From: a virus
Reading direction: 5' to 3' (one strand)
Virus record (IMG/VR): IMGVR_UViG_3300034103_001027
Location: 42,834-106,833 of that record
Length of the DNA stretch: 64,000 nucleotides
The notes beneath the pieces are model-generated. The model did not search any database. It saw only the letters and a program-made list of their open reading frames with translations, and was not told the DNA's origin. Below are positions 62,829-64,000 of the stretch, piece by piece; within the stretch, counting starts at the first letter, position 1, and every line of letters starts with the position of its first letter. A program made the translations under genes and the position numbers.

Positions 62829-63025
62829 TGTCCGCCTCCATGTCAACATCGGGCTCCGCAGGAGGCTTTTGACGGCCAAGCGCAAGCCATCCTCGGTGAG
62901 CGAAAATAGCAACATCAGAACCATCAACGAAAACTCGTAGCCTTCCTGTATCCTCGATCTCAAAGGTTGTGTCTCCTTCAAAAATCAAGTCATCACCTGT
63001 AGCCATAATTACCTTGAGCATTCCG

Positions 63026-63271
63026 TTACCCTTTGTTGTACTTTTGACGATTTGCTTTTTGTGTTGTCACTCGAGTATTTGACTTGCCCGAGCCGCCACC
63101 CTTACTGAGCGGCTTCTTGTGATCCACTTCCTTACTGGAACCTGGCTCGATCCTTCCGTCGCGAACCGCTTCACGGCGAGCCTTATTACGGGCTGCCCTG
63201 TTCTTCTTTTGCTCCTCAGAGCCTTGGTAATTCGCGTACTCTTCCTTGTAGTTCCTAGGGTTCTTAGGCAT
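63026..63271 (-). CDS. Small HNH endonuclease
   Basis: 'EVDHKKPLSKGG...SNTRV...ANRQK'. Confidence 0.75.
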   Translation of the reverse strand: MPKNPRNYKEEYANYQGSEEQKKNRAARNKARREAVRDGRIEPGSSKEVDHKKPLSKGGGSGKSNTRVTTQKANRQKYNKG

Positions 63272-63674
63272 TGCCAGGCTCCTTCGATAATCGCTTGATA
63301 TAGTTTGAAAACTCAGTCGTATCCATGCACGCATCTACAGCCTGCCTAAGGATCGCTTTCCTGAGGGCAGGGGTGAAGCTCGCTACCATTCCGTGCTGAG
63401 TCCACGATGCGCCAGGGACTCTCTCTGTGATCTTGTACTTCCTTGCCTGCGCGGCTGATCGAGTCATTTGTCCGTGACTAGCGTTCATTGGCATTGCCTG
63501 CCAGATATCGTCGCCGAATCTAGCCTCGCCAAACGTGATCAGGTCGCCAATCCACCAGTTGACGTTTCGTTGCATGAAGAAAAGCTTTTCAACATGCTCC
63601 TCGATGTCATTGATAGTTGCATCAGCATCGACAACCAGAAAGCCATCACTCAATGTCATTGGACCTAACTTCAT
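63264..63674 (-). CDS. Hypothetical DNA-binding protein (LmbU-like WWIGD motif)
   Basis: 'NWWIGDLITFGEARFG...SWTQH'. Confidence 0.5.
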   Translation of the reverse strand: MKLGPMTLSDGFLVVDADATINDIEEHVEKLFFMQRNVNWWIGDLITFGEARFGDDIWQAMPMNASHGQMTRSAAQARKYKITERVPGASWTQHGMVASFTPALRKAILRQAVDACMDTTEFSNYIKRLSKEPGNA

Positions 63675-64000
63675 GAATGCACTCCTGCGCTTGGTGGTGC
63701 CATTTGCCCGACAGCAATCAAGCAGTCTCTTCCATGTACCAGCACAGCGCGACCGTCTAGTGTCCCTAGTCGGAAGTCATCTTCACCAGCAGCAGCAATG
63801 GCATTTGAAAGAAGCCTTGATGAAGCGAATACAGGCTTCCCAGGGCAGTGATCTCCTTCGACATGAAACTCACACCTAGCCTCAGCGCCAAGTTCCACAT
63901 GCCTTGCGCCATCGGCCATCCCAACGTAGCGGCAGTACAGACCTGTCTCTTTTGGTTCGATCCACACGCCAGTAGCTTCATTTGTCGAGATGGCTGCGGT

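Overview
This window is a 64-kb segment of a temperate tailed dsDNA phage genome. The host is most likely a Planctomycetota bacterium, inferred from the planctomycete-type tyrosine integrase, RimI-like acetyltransferase and DUF1580-like HTH. The attP site is intact (3' half of tRNA-Arg(UCU) with arm repeats on both sides), so this is the excised/virion form rather than an integrated prophage. Layout: (1) 1-11.3 kb, virion genes (tailspike fragment, LamG-like protein, portal, TerL, decoration, major capsid, scaffold). (2) 11.4-29.3 kb, regulation and replication genes (tandem two-domain serine recombinase, sigma factor, PhoH, prim-pol, 5'-3' exonuclease, SF2 and UvrD helicases, ParB-like, SMC-like ATPase, XRE repressor), plus an intact IS200/IS605 element (tnpA+tnpB) that splits a small gene. 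(3) 29.4-49.5 kb, dozens of small co-oriented genes. From 37.6 to 50.4 kb these are punctuated by about 20 copies of an 18-bp palindrome (consensus CCGTCTCTTAAGAGACGG), and adjacent copies are often identical and bracket single genes, like a cassette array. (4) 49.6-51.5 kb, a non-coding switch region that appears to encode two divergently transcribed, pseudoknotted structured RNAs (about 620 nt and about 270 nt). (5) 51.5-64 kb, xis/int/attP, CAP protein, hydrolase, a two-reading-frame C5 DNA methyltransferase, SSB-like protein, Endo VII, RimI and HNH. All calls come from motifs and base-pairing read by eye; no database searches or folding programs were run.
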